Shown here piece after piece: positions 38,166 to 47,655 of a stretch of 64,000 nt of DNA (positions are counted from its first letter, which is position 1; every line of letters starts with the position of its first letter). The DNA lies in NCBI GenBank assembly GCA_039630575.1, contig JBCNUW010000004.1, forward strand, positions 1 to 64,000, in the 5' to 3' direction. The DNA comes from Candidatus Hydrothermales bacterium (GTDB lineage: Bacteria; Hydrothermota; Hydrothermia; Hydrothermales; JAJRUZ01). Under the pieces are notes generated by a model. The model searched no databases. It saw only the letters and a list, made by a program, of their open reading frames with translations, and was not told the DNA's origin. Position numbers and translations under genes: made by a program.

Positions 38166-39095
38166 TTAGTAATTTAAAAGAATTGCACCGAGAAGTGGTA
38201 AAAATATTTCAATATGTAAAGTAAAAGAAACTCCCTTACCACCATCCTTTGTTGGCCTTTCAACAACATTTTGAAGGGGTCTATAATGTTGAATCTGATC
38301 AATATTGCATGCAAAAAAATTATAAACTCTATATCCAAGATTCCTTACCACTGAAAGACTTTTCAAAAAAACCTCTGGCATTAAGACAGCTGAAGCAACA
38401 TTAATCACCACTCCACCTCCCTCAAGTTTAGAAAGATAACTGATAAATCTTTTAAAATCCTTTAAAGTAGTAAACCCAACCTCATCGCCCTCAAGAAAAG
38501 GAAACATATGAATTATATCAGTACCAACAGCAACATGAAAACTCATTGGAATTTTCCTTTCATTTAAAAGACACATTAAACTTTTATCACTGTAGGGAGG
38601 ACTTTTCTCTAAAAGAACTTCAGGCACAACTTCTCCCATTCCCTTTTTTTCCTTATAACCTCTTTTGAGTGCTTCATTAAAAAATTCCATAGTCTCCTTT
38701 GTCATTCCAAACTTTCCATCTCTTATAGTCTCTTCAACAAATTCAGAAGTCTCACCAAACATAGCTATCTCAAAGTCATGAATAGCAACGGCACCCTGAC
38801 CAGCAAGCCAGGTAATATAACCTTCCTCTGCTAACTTTGATAAAAGAGGTGAAAGACCACATTTTATAACAGCATCACCAACCATCCATATGATCGGTTT
38901 TCTTTGATCCCTTGCATTTTTTAAATTTGAAACAAATTCCCTCAAATCGTTAGCCTTAAAAACCGCCGGAAGATAATCAAGAAACAGAGAAAATCTATCT
39001 GGAATACTATCCTTTATAAAATGGGAAACATTTAGTTTATTCCTCCTGTCCTTTATCGATATAAGTTTTAAATTAAAAATTTCTTCTTCCTTCAT
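38166..39095 (-). CDS. Deoxyhypusine-synthase-like fold protein of unknown function
   Basis: IWMVGDAVIKCGLSP, IHDFEIAMFGETSE.V, G.FGM, HVAVGTDIIH, SAVLMPEVFLK, HYRP..NVV.RP. Confidence 0.7.
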   Translation of the reverse strand: MKEEEIFNLKLISIKDRRNKLNVSHFIKDSIPDRFSLFLDYLPAVFKANDLREFVSNLKNARDQRKPIIWMVGDAVIKCGLSPLLSKLAEEGYITWLAGQGAVAIHDFEIAMFGETSEFVEETIRDGKFGMTKETMEFFNEALKRGYKEKKGMGEVVPEVLLEKSPPYSDKSLMCLLNERKIPMSFHVAVGTDIIHMFPFLEGDEVGFTTLKDFKRFISYLSKLEGGGVVINVASAVLMPEVFLKSLSVVRNLGYRVYNFFACNIDQIQHYRPLQNVVERPTKDGGKGVSFTLHIEIFLPLLGAILLNY

Positions 39096-40375
39096 ATTAT
39101 TACCTCTCCATCAAAATTGTCTTTATAGTTTATATTTAGTAAATTCAAAACTGTGGGAACAAAATCAACAATTTTAACATCATCTTTAACAATTTTTCTA
39201 CCCCTTATGTATATAAAAGCATCATCAAAAGTATGGACTCCCTCTATAGGTGAATCAACATAGGGCTCATCTAAATCAAACTCTGCTTTAAGATCATAAC
39301 CCATTTCAGGTATAATAATAAAATCAGGAGCTTTACCTATAAATTCTCTTCCAAATATTTCTAATCTTTTTTTATAACCCTTTATTCCTTCATAACTTAT
39401 AAGTTCATTCAAAAAATTTTCCACTTCTTCTTTTATTTCATTTTCCCAGTATAAGGCTCTTGAGAATCTTTCCTTTTTAAATAAATAAATTCTACCTGGT
39501 GCAAGCGTAAAAACTTTCGAAGTTTCAATAATGTTATTGTAATTGTAAAGTAAATCTCCTTTAAATTTTAATAAACCCTTTGATTTTAAAAAATAAAGAA
39601 TATTTATACTTTTTTTCAACTCTTTAAGACCGTGATCCGAAAGGATAATAAGCTCATCCTCCTCTTTTAAATTGTTTTCAAGAAAGGACATAATCCTTTT
39701 GTCAAGAAAAGAAAAGTAATCTTTCAATTTATAATAATCTTTAATGAAAAAATGAAAAAGCCTGTCAGTTTCCATAATATTTAGGATAATAACATCAAAA
39801 ATCTCATTTTTAATTATTTCCTCACAAACTTTGAATCTTTTATCTGTTACAGTAAATAACTCATTATAAAAAACTTTTTTCTTCTTATCATCCCTTGCCA
39901 TCCATGGGTCAAGATCAATAACATATTTTTCCTTTAAAAGAAAACTTTTCAAATTTTTTGGATAAACTGCCTTATCAATTTTTGGAGCAAGAAACCCTGA
40001 AATACAAACTGTATTTTTAACTTCAGGTGGAGGATAGGTAATAGGTAAATTTATATGTAAGACTCTTTTATTAAAATCCGATAAAATTTCAATAATGGTC
40101 TTTGTTTTAATATCTTTATAATTTGGTATAAAAAGAGTAAGATCATCTTTTATATCAATGAACCCAAAAATTCCATGAGAACCAGGAAGTTTACCAGTTA
40201 AAAGAGTTGCCCAGGCAACTGAAGAAATGGTAGGATAAACTGAACACATCTTCTTTATATCACCGTCTCTGAAAATTTTTTTTAAATAGGGTGTTATATT
40301 TTTTTCGCAAAAATCAATCAATAAAGTAAAGGAAACACCATCAAGACCTAAAACATAAAGTTTTTTTTTATTCAT
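39092..40375 (-). CDS. Alkaline-phosphatase-superfamily (nucleotide pyrophosphatase-type) protein, cytoplasmic
   Basis: LGLDG, PTISSVAW (Ser nucleophile region), PGSHGIFGF, ETDRLFH, SDHG, GVH; no signal peptide. Confidence 0.88.
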   Translation of the reverse strand: MNKKKLYVLGLDGVSFTLLIDFCEKNITPYLKKIFRDGDIKKMCSVYPTISSVAWATLLTGKLPGSHGIFGFIDIKDDLTLFIPNYKDIKTKTIIEILSDFNKRVLHINLPITYPPPEVKNTVCISGFLAPKIDKAVYPKNLKSFLLKEKYVIDLDPWMARDDKKKKVFYNELFTVTDKRFKVCEEIIKNEIFDVIILNIMETDRLFHFFIKDYYKLKDYFSFLDKRIMSFLENNLKEEDELIILSDHGLKELKKSINILYFLKSKGLLKFKGDLLYNYNNIIETSKVFTLAPGRIYLFKKERFSRALYWENEIKEEVENFLNELISYEGIKGYKKRLEIFGREFIGKAPDFIIIPEMGYDLKAEFDLDEPYVDSPIEGVHTFDDAFIYIRGRKIVKDDVKIVDFVPTVLNLLNINYKDNFDGEVII

Positions 40376-41480
40376 TACTAAAGTTTTCCTTTAAAACTTC
40401 AAAAACTTCTGGTCTTAAAATTTCTTTAACTAAATAAGCCCCACTCTTAAGAGCATCCCTAATTTTGGTCATACTTATATACTCTCTAAAACTATCATCA
40501 TGAGGACATGTATTCTCTGAAACAATTCCATCACATTTTTTGCATAAAAAAACAGCCTTTACCTTTATAATTTCTATACCTATATCAGGGTATTCCTCAA
40601 AAATTCTATGAGCAGCATATGGGTCATAAAAGTTCCCAACCCCTGCGTGATCCCTACCAACTATAAAATGAGTTGCGCCATAATTTTTTCTCACTATAGC
40701 ATGAAAAACAGCGTCTCTTGGTCCTGCATACCTCATTGGCGTAGTAAGACCTGATAGAACTACTCTCTCTTTTGGAAAATAATTATCTATAAGCACACGA
40801 TAACTTTTTAAAATTACATCATTTGAATAATCTCCCTCTTTTTTTCTTCCCAAAATTGGATGTATAAATAGACAGTCTGTTATCTCCAAGGCAATTCTTT
40901 GAAGGTATTCATGAGCTATATGGGGAGCATTTCGTGTCTGAAATGCACAAACAGTTTTAAAATTTTTTTCCTTAAAAATCTTCCTTGTTTCTTGCGGTGT
41001 AAGTTCATACATAGAGAAAGGATGTTTCGGTCTTTTAAAAAGCCATACTTTACCTCCTATAGCATATTCTCCTTTTGATTTAAAATAAAAAACACCTGGA
41101 TGCTCATTTGAATCAGTTCCAAAAACTCTTTTAGAAACATAATTTGAATCAAATCTATAAACCTCCTCAATTTCTACCATTCCGAAGATTTCATCCTTAA
41201 AAGAAACTAAAATCTCACCACTATGGGGTATTTCTTTGAATGTTTTTTCATCTATTTGTAGTATAATCGGTATAGTGAAAGGGTAATTATTTAATAATCT
41301 TCCTCTTTCACAAACACTTTCAAGTTCATCCTTTATCATAAAACCTTCAAGTGGAGTGAAGCTTCCTATTGCAATCTTTTCAAGATCGAAAAGAGTATCC
41401 TCATCAACTTCAACTTTTTTTAGATCCTTTACGATCGGGATTTCTTTGTCCTTAGGGATTAATCTTTGAACAAGTTCCAT
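40368..41480 (-). CDS. sat: Sulfate adenylyltransferase (ATP sulfurylase)
   Basis: FQTRN, HIAH, MRYAGPR, GRDHAG, C-terminal Zn motif C..C...CPH, SMTKIR. Confidence 0.95.
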   Translation of the reverse strand: MELVQRLIPKDKEIPIVKDLKKVEVDEDTLFDLEKIAIGSFTPLEGFMIKDELESVCERGRLLNNYPFTIPIILQIDEKTFKEIPHSGEILVSFKDEIFGMVEIEEVYRFDSNYVSKRVFGTDSNEHPGVFYFKSKGEYAIGGKVWLFKRPKHPFSMYELTPQETRKIFKEKNFKTVCAFQTRNAPHIAHEYLQRIALEITDCLFIHPILGRKKEGDYSNDVILKSYRVLIDNYFPKERVVLSGLTTPMRYAGPRDAVFHAIVRKNYGATHFIVGRDHAGVGNFYDPYAAHRIFEEYPDIGIEIIKVKAVFLCKKCDGIVSENTCPHDDSFREYISMTKIRDALKSGAYLVKEILRPEVFEVLKENFSNE

Positions 41481-41574
41481 TTTTATTTAAAATTTGAAAA
41501 AAAAAATTTTAAAATCTTATTATATAAAATCTTAATATTTGGGTTCAATACCCTAAATAGATTGCAGGTATAAA

Positions 41575-41844
41575 ATGAGATTAAAATTAGCCCTTTTATT
41601 AGGGTTTACATTTTTGGCCCTAATTCTAAACTGTGCTCCAAAAATGGCTTCAAAGGAAACACTACAGAGAATTGAGGAGCTTAAGGCTCAAATAGAGAAA
41701 ATTAATTCGGAAATTGCTGCCTGTGAAGAAGAAAAGAAAAATCTTACAGCAAAAAAAAGTGAAAAGATTAAACTAATCGAAAAACTGAAAGTAGAGAGAG
41801 ATTCTTTAAGAACCCTTCTTGAGCTTATAAAACAGGGATATTAA
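41575..41844 (+). CDS. Small coiled-coil lipoprotein
   Basis: Signal ending ILN-C20; the mature 70 aa are a continuous heptad repeat with a second Cys (C50). Confidence 0.78.
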   Translation: MRLKLALLLGFTFLALILNCAPKMASKETLQRIEELKAQIEKINSEIAACEEEKKNLTAKKSEKIKLIEKLKVERDSLRTLLELIKQGY

Positions 41845-41856
41845 GGGGAGGGGAAA

Positions 41857-42438
41857 ATGAAAAAATTATTTATAATTCTTTCATTTACTTTTTCTCTTTT
41901 AGCTCAAGAAAAATTGACTGAAGAAAAAGCCAAAGCACAAATTGTTGAACTTCAAAATCAAATTGAAAAGTTAAAGGAAAGTTTAAATTCATGCCAGAAA
42001 GAACTCGAAGAGATGAAAAAAGAGCTTTTGCCTCTCGATAATGAAATTACTTCAATACAGAATGAAATAAATTCTCTAAAGAATGAGTTAGCTAAGTATC
42101 CATCTGAATATGAAGTTAAAAGGGGTGACTTCCTTGCAAAAATAGCAGCATACCCTTTTATATATGGAACTCATAGGGCATGGCCAAGAATCTGGAGAGC
42201 AAACAGAGATTTGATCAAAAATCCTGATCTAATTTACCCTGGTTGGAAATTAAAAATACCACACGGACTTGACAAAACATACACTGTTATAAAAGGCGAT
42301 TACTTATGGAAGATAGCAGCATTCTGGTGGATCTATAGGGATGGAAGAAAGTGGAAAGCAATTTATGAGGCAAACAAGGATAAAATAAAGGATCCAAACA
42401 TTATATACCCTGGACAGGAATTCATAATTCCAAGATAA
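41857..42438 (+). CDS. Secreted coiled-coil + tandem LysM peptidoglycan-binding protein
   Basis: Sec signal ...LLA-Q; about 60-aa coiled coil; two LysM domains (YEVKRGDFLAKIA...NPDLIYPG; YTVIKGDYLWKIA...DPNIIYPGQ). Confidence 0.92.
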   Translation: MKKLFIILSFTFSLLAQEKLTEEKAKAQIVELQNQIEKLKESLNSCQKELEEMKKELLPLDNEITSIQNEINSLKNELAKYPSEYEVKRGDFLAKIAAYPFIYGTHRAWPRIWRANRDLIKNPDLIYPGWKLKIPHGLDKTYTVIKGDYLWKIAAFWWIYRDGRKWKAIYEANKDKIKDPNIIYPGQEFIIPR

Positions 42439-42477
42439 AGAAAAAAATAAATACATATAACATCTTTACATTTATGT

Positions 42478-43434
42478 GTGGAGATTAGAGTTTTTACTTT
42501 AAAACCTAAAAGAGTAAGAGAGATTTTAGGAATTTTAAATCAAAATTTAAAAGTATTACAGACAAATTTCTCTGGAAAAATTACTGTGAGGGGAGAAGAA
42601 ATAAAATTTGAAGGAACAAAAAAAGAATTTGAAAAATTGAAAGATCTTTTTAAAAAACTTGAATCAAAAGCAGAGGAGGGAAAATTTTTTGAACCGGAGG
42701 AAATTGTTGAAGTTCTACATAATAAAAATTTTTTAAACGAAAGGGAAAGGGGGAAAAATGTAATTATAACACCAAAAAAAATAGTTGAACCCAAAACAGA
42801 AAATCAAATCCTCTATGTTGAAGCCTTAAGAAAATACCCGATAACTTTTTCAATAGGTCCTGCAGGAACGGGTAAAACATACCTTGCCGTAGCTGTTGCT
42901 CTTGAAAGTCTCATGGAAGAAATGGTTGAAAGGATTATTCTAACAAGACCAGCTGTTGAAGCAGGAGAATCTCTTGGATTTTTACCTGGAAGCTTTCAGG
43001 AGAAAGTCGATCCTTACCTTAGACCCCTTTATGATGCATTGTTTGATATGATGCCTTATGAAAGGATAAAAAAATTGATGAATACAGGTGTGATAGAAAT
43101 TGCTCCACTTGCCTACATGAGGGGAAGGACACTATCAAATGCCTTTGTAATTCTTGATGAAGCACAAAATACAAACTATTTGCAGATGAAAATGTTTTTG
43201 ACAAGAATGGGAATAAAAACAAAATTAGCCATAACAGGTGACGTAACTCAGATTGATTTAAAAGAGAAGGAAGAATCAGGTCTTTTAATCGCTGAAAAAA
43301 TTTTAAAAGATTTAGACGGAATTAAATTCATATACTTGGGACCAGAGGATATAATAAGACACCCTATTGTAAAATCAATAATAATTGCTTACGAAAAATA
43401 TGAAGGAAAGAAAAGAGAAGGAAAAAATAGTTAG
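42478..43434 (+). CDS. phoH: PhoH family ATPase
   Basis: GPAGTGKT, RPAVEAGE.LGFLPG, AYMRGRT, DEAQN, GDVTQID. Confidence 0.95.
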   Translation: MEIRVFTLKPKRVREILGILNQNLKVLQTNFSGKITVRGEEIKFEGTKKEFEKLKDLFKKLESKAEEGKFFEPEEIVEVLHNKNFLNERERGKNVIITPKKIVEPKTENQILYVEALRKYPITFSIGPAGTGKTYLAVAVALESLMEEMVERIILTRPAVEAGESLGFLPGSFQEKVDPYLRPLYDALFDMMPYERIKKLMNTGVIEIAPLAYMRGRTLSNAFVILDEAQNTNYLQMKMFLTRMGIKTKLAITGDVTQIDLKEKEESGLLIAEKILKDLDGIKFIYLGPEDIIRHPIVKSIIIAYEKYEGKKREGKNS

Positions 43435-45433
43435 AATTTTGTCTTTACTCATTTTCTCAATTTTAATAACAATACTTCTACCATTTTCTGAAAGAGAAAC
43501 TTACACCATGAGAAAAGGGGAAATCCCCCAAAGGGATATAGTAGCTGATTTTACCTTTGAAATACCAAAAAGTGAAAAAGAATTAGCAAGAGAAAAAGAG
43601 GAAATACTTAAGACTTTAACACTTGTTCTATCACCTCTCGTTAGCCCATCTGTTGATATAGACCTTTTAGAACAGCAACTTCTAAGCTTTGATAAAAAAA
43701 CTAAAGAAAAATTTTTAGAAGGAATAAAAAATTTTTTTACAGAAGTTAAAGACTTAGTGATAGTCGAAGAGCTTGACACAATAAAGAAACTAAATAGGGA
43801 ATTTGTAATCTTACTAACACCTGAAGGTGACAAGTTTTACCCAGTAGATAAAATTCTTTCACTTCAAGAAATTAGAGATATATTAAAAAAGAGAGCTCGT
43901 GAAATTTTTCCATCTAATTTACAACTTTCCTTTTTATTTGAAGAACTAATATCACCCTTTATATATCCGAGCTATAGGATTGATTTTGAAGAAACACAGA
44001 GGAGAGAAAGAAAATTGATTGAATCAATACAAAAAATTAAGGAAATAGTGTATAAGGGTGAGGTAATTGCAAAAGCTGGAGAGCCAATCTCTGATACCCA
44101 AATTGAAAAACTCGAAGTAATGGAAGCTCTGAGGAGAAAAACTATCCTGTCTAAATTTACCTTAATAATTCTGAGGTATATATTATTTTTTCTAATCATT
44201 ACTTTCGCTTACTATTCACTGAGATTTATTTTCCATGAAATATACAACAACACGAAATTACTTTTTATTACTCTTTTGAATATAATTCTTTTTTTATTAA
44301 TTTCAAGTATAGTAATAAAAATTACCAGAAATCCCTTTTTTATTCCCTTTGCTTTTATTCCTTTTTTTTTCTACTTTATAACTGGCAGAAATTTTGCAAT
44401 CTTGGTTACAATGATCCTATCTATTTTCTGTGCCATATACTCAGGGATGAGTCTCTTTTTGTTAATATATTTTTTATCAGTTGGCATATCAGGTATTCTA
44501 ATTTCAAAATTCTTAAGAAAAAGAGTTGATCTAATCTACGGATTTTTCATGTTGTGGGTTATATCCTTAGCACTTACATTCTTTTTTAAAATTTATGTAG
44601 ATTACCCATTATCAAAAAATGAAATTCTTTTAAGTTCAATTTTTTCTTCAGGACTCTCAATACTTGGTAGTATAACCTTTCTGCCATTACATGAGAAAAT
44701 TTTCGGAATCACAACGGACTTTGTTTTGCTTGAACTTTCATCTCCTGATTACTTCCTTCTAAAAGAGTTAGAAAAGAAGGCTCCTGGTACCTTTGAACAT
44801 TCCTTGAGAATTTCAGAATTAGCTGGAGTTGCAGCAGAAAGTATAGGTGCAAACCCCTTAATTGCAAAAGTTGGTGCCCTTTATCACGATATAGGAAAAA
44901 TTGAAATGCCAGAATATTTCATTGAAAACCAAAAAAACATAAAAGAAAATCCCCACACAAAACTTTCACCGTCTCTAAGTGCGACGATAATTCGTACTCA
45001 TGTTAAAAAGGGAATTGAATTAGCAAAAAAATACAGATTACCAGAAAGTATAATAAGAATAATAGAAAGACACCATGGGACTTTAGTAATGGGTTACTTT
45101 TATGAAAAGGCAAAAAAATTAAATCCCAACGTAGTTGAAGAGGAATTCAGATATAAAAGTCCAAAACCCGAAAAAAAGGAGGAAGCCCTAATTATGCTTC
45201 TTGACGGAATTGAGGCAGCTGTTAGAAATCTTGAAAAATACAATTTTAAAAGTATTTCTGATGCTATTGACTCTGTTATAAACCATAGATTCTCAGATGG
45301 ACAGTTCGACAGATGTGAAATAACAAGAAAAGATATTGAAAAAATAAAAGAGGTAATTTTACCAAAACTTGTTCACCGTTACCACACGAGATTAGATTAT
45401 CCACCACTAATTGCAAAAGAAAAAATTGTTTAA
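43400..45433 (+). CDS. 7TM-HD phosphodiesterase (PgpH-like)
   Basis: Extracytoplasmic domain, 7 TM, APGTFEHS, YHDIGK, HV..G, HHGT, D.IEAA. Confidence 0.88.
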   Translation: MKERKEKEKIVRILSLLIFSILITILLPFSERETYTMRKGEIPQRDIVADFTFEIPKSEKELAREKEEILKTLTLVLSPLVSPSVDIDLLEQQLLSFDKKTKEKFLEGIKNFFTEVKDLVIVEELDTIKKLNREFVILLTPEGDKFYPVDKILSLQEIRDILKKRAREIFPSNLQLSFLFEELISPFIYPSYRIDFEETQRRERKLIESIQKIKEIVYKGEVIAKAGEPISDTQIEKLEVMEALRRKTILSKFTLIILRYILFFLIITFAYYSLRFIFHEIYNNTKLLFITLLNIILFLLISSIVIKITRNPFFIPFAFIPFFFYFITGRNFAILVTMILSIFCAIYSGMSLFLLIYFLSVGISGILISKFLRKRVDLIYGFFMLWVISLALTFFFKIYVDYPLSKNEILLSSIFSSGLSILGSITFLPLHEKIFGITTDFVLLELSSPDYFLLKELEKKAPGTFEHSLRISELAGVAAESIGANPLIAKVGALYHDIGKIEMPEYFIENQKNIKENPHTKLSPSLSATIIRTHVKKGIELAKKYRLPESIIRIIERHHGTLVMGYFYEKAKKLNPNVVEEEFRYKSPKPEKKEEALIMLLDGIEAAVRNLEKYNFKSISDAIDSVINHRFSDGQFDRCEITRKDIEKIKEVILPKLVHRYHTRLDYPPLIAKEKIV

Positions 45434-45818
45434 CCTTAATTTTTTTAAAACAGTAAAGAAAAAAATACCGATTAGTAAAAATGAAATTAAAAGATTAAAA
45501 AGAATTTTTAAAAAAGAAATAAAAAGCAAAAATTTAAAGATAAAGGAAATAAATGTAGTTATGGTAGGGAAAGATAGAATAAAAAGTTTAAATAAAAATT
45601 TTTTAAATAAAAACAAAAAAACTGACTGCCTTTCCTTTAACTTAGAAGAAGTAGGAGAAATTTACATATGTTCATGTTACATAAAAAACAAAACAGATTT
45701 TTTGAAACTTTTAACTCACAGCTTCTGCCATATATTAGGATATGACCATAAAAGTAAAAATGAAAAAAAGTTTATGGAAGAAAAGGAAAAAAGCATAATT
45801 AAGAAAATTAAATTATGA
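45411..45818 (+). CDS. ybeY: rRNA maturation endoribonuclease YbeY
   Basis: TDCLSF, GEIYIC, HSFCHILGYDH. Confidence 0.88.
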   Translation: MQKKKLFNLNFFKTVKKKIPISKNEIKRLKRIFKKEIKSKNLKIKEINVVMVGKDRIKSLNKNFLNKNKKTDCLSFNLEEVGEIYICSCYIKNKTDFLKLLTHSFCHILGYDHKSKNEKKFMEEKEKSIIKKIKL

Positions 45819-46582
45819 TTTTCCTAAACTTTATTTTACTGATTATTACCTTTTCCATCTCCTTTCTTGCCTCTGGAACGGAAACTGCCCTTTTTTCCTT
45901 ATCAGAGGAGAAAGCATCAAGATTTCCCTTTAAAAAGGAAAGAAAAAAAATAATTAAAAAAATTTTAGTCTTCCCAGGAATAATAATACTTACACTTGTC
46001 ACTATAAATACATTTGTAAATACTTTAGCCTCTTCAGTTTTTTCAAGCATAACTTTCCAAATTTTCAGTATGGACAAAAAATTAATTGAAATAATAGATA
46101 CAGTTATCTTGGGTTCATTCATATTTATTTTTTGTGAAACTCTACCTAAAAATCTTGCCTTAAAATCTCCTTACAGATTTTTAATACTATCATTTCCATT
46201 TTACATAATAACAATTTACCCTTTAACTTTATTAGCAGAGAAATTCAAAAGAAAAGAAAAAAAGATAATAAAGAGAGATTTTCATTTTTTACACGAACTT
46301 GAACTTATTCTTTTTACAGGTGATATAAAGGAAATCTTAACAGAATCTGAAAAAAATCTCTTTATAAAACTTATAGAATTTTCACAACTAAAACCAACAG
46401 ACTTCAAAAAACATAAAAAAGAAGAGACAAATTTCATAGAAGTTAAAAGTGAGGAACCACTTTTTTTCATCTTAAAAAAATTACTCAAAGAAAAAAAAGA
46501 ATACGCACTCTTTTACTATGAAGGTAAAAGATATTTTATTTCTAAAAAAGATATAATTCAATATGTCTTTAAAGAAATATAA
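45815..46582 (+). CDS. CNNM/DUF21 membrane protein with reduced CBS region
   Basis: SGTETALFSL, NTFVN, FCETLPK. Confidence 0.78.
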   Translation: MIFLNFILLIITFSISFLASGTETALFSLSEEKASRFPFKKERKKIIKKILVFPGIIILTLVTINTFVNTLASSVFSSITFQIFSMDKKLIEIIDTVILGSFIFIFCETLPKNLALKSPYRFLILSFPFYIITIYPLTLLAEKFKRKEKKIIKRDFHFLHELELILFTGDIKEILTESEKNLFIKLIEFSQLKPTDFKKHKKEETNFIEVKSEEPLFFILKKLLKEKKEYALFYYEGKRYFISKKDIIQYVFKEI

Positions 46583-47327
46583 ATATATAAGTAAGAATTT
46601 TTTCATTCTATCGACTTTTTCAATAATAGTAAGCATAGTTCCAATCAATTTATCTAACACTCCAAAAGGAAGTGATCTTTTGTTTCATTTTATTTTCTTT
46701 TTCATATTCTCTATTTTCTGTGAAAACAAAAACGATAGAATACTGATTTTTTTAATTCCCATATTAACTGAGTCAATACAGTTTTTTCTACCTTACAGAA
46801 ACTTTAATTTTTATGATCTTTTATCTGATTACTTTGGTATAATCTCTGGTATTTTCTTTTATAATACGATTTTAAAAAACCCAGAAAGAAGATTTATATT
46901 TGTAGGTTCCTTTTTTTATTTAGGATATGTTATTCCAAAAATGAAAGGAACCTTCTCAAGTTTTCTGATCCTTAACATTTTAATTTTTTACAAACTTCCA
47001 TGGTTCACACTATCAATTTTATTTATATTTACCTATATACTCCATTACCTTTTAAAAGACTTTCTTTATAAAAAAGATCCTGATTTTTTTACCCTTGATG
47101 AAGTAATAGGGACATTTCCTATTTTTTATCTTCAGACTGAAATTTTTTTATATGTTTTTTATTTTATTCTTTATAGATTTTTTGATATAAAAAAACCTCT
47201 ATTCATAAAAAATATTGAAAAAATTCATAATTTTAACGGAGTTTTTCTTGACGACTTTTTAAGTGGAATTTACTCCCTCTTTATTACTCTATTGATTCAT
47301 TTTGTGATTCAAAAAATTTTTCTATAA
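46563..47327 (+). CDS. pgpA: VanZ-like / phosphatidylglycerophosphatase A fusion
   Basis: N-half: D.LFHF...TESIQFFLPYR...DLLSDYFG (VanZ). C-half: GTFSS, KDP..F.LDEVIG, YRFFDI.KP, GVFLDD..SG (PgpA). Confidence 0.75.
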   Translation: MSLKKYKYISKNFFILSTFSIIVSIVPINLSNTPKGSDLLFHFIFFFIFSIFCENKNDRILIFLIPILTESIQFFLPYRNFNFYDLLSDYFGIISGIFFYNTILKNPERRFIFVGSFFYLGYVIPKMKGTFSSFLILNILIFYKLPWFTLSILFIFTYILHYLLKDFLYKKDPDFFTLDEVIGTFPIFYLQTEIFLYVFYFILYRFFDIKKPLFIKNIEKIHNFNGVFLDDFLSGIYSLFITLLIHFVIQKIFL

Positions 47328-47336
47328 AATAAAATT

Positions 47337-47642
47337 ATGGAAAATAAAAGATACATTGCTTTGCTTTCATATTTGGGTATTTTATTTATAATACCCCTTA
47401 TTTTAGAACCTAATGATGAATTTGTAAAATTTCATGTCAAACAGGGAATAGTTCTCTTTGTTTTTTTCATGATTGTATTTATTTTAGGTGGTATAATACC
47501 TTTTATAGGATGGTTTGTCCTTTGGCCGATAGGAATTTTCATCTGGATCCTTCTTCTTATAGTCGGAATAATCAATGCTCTTGGAGGCAAAAAAGAGAAA
47601 CTTCCCTACATAGGTAAATATGCGGACAAGTTAAATTTTTAA
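47337..47642 (+). CDS. DUF4870 / Tic20-like membrane protein
   Basis: ALLSYL...FVKFHVKQG...GIINALGG...LPYIG. Confidence 0.82.
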   Translation: MENKRYIALLSYLGILFIIPLILEPNDEFVKFHVKQGIVLFVFFMIVFILGGIIPFIGWFVLWPIGIFIWILLLIVGIINALGGKKEKLPYIGKYADKLNF

Positions 47643-47655
47643 TAAAATTTCAAAA

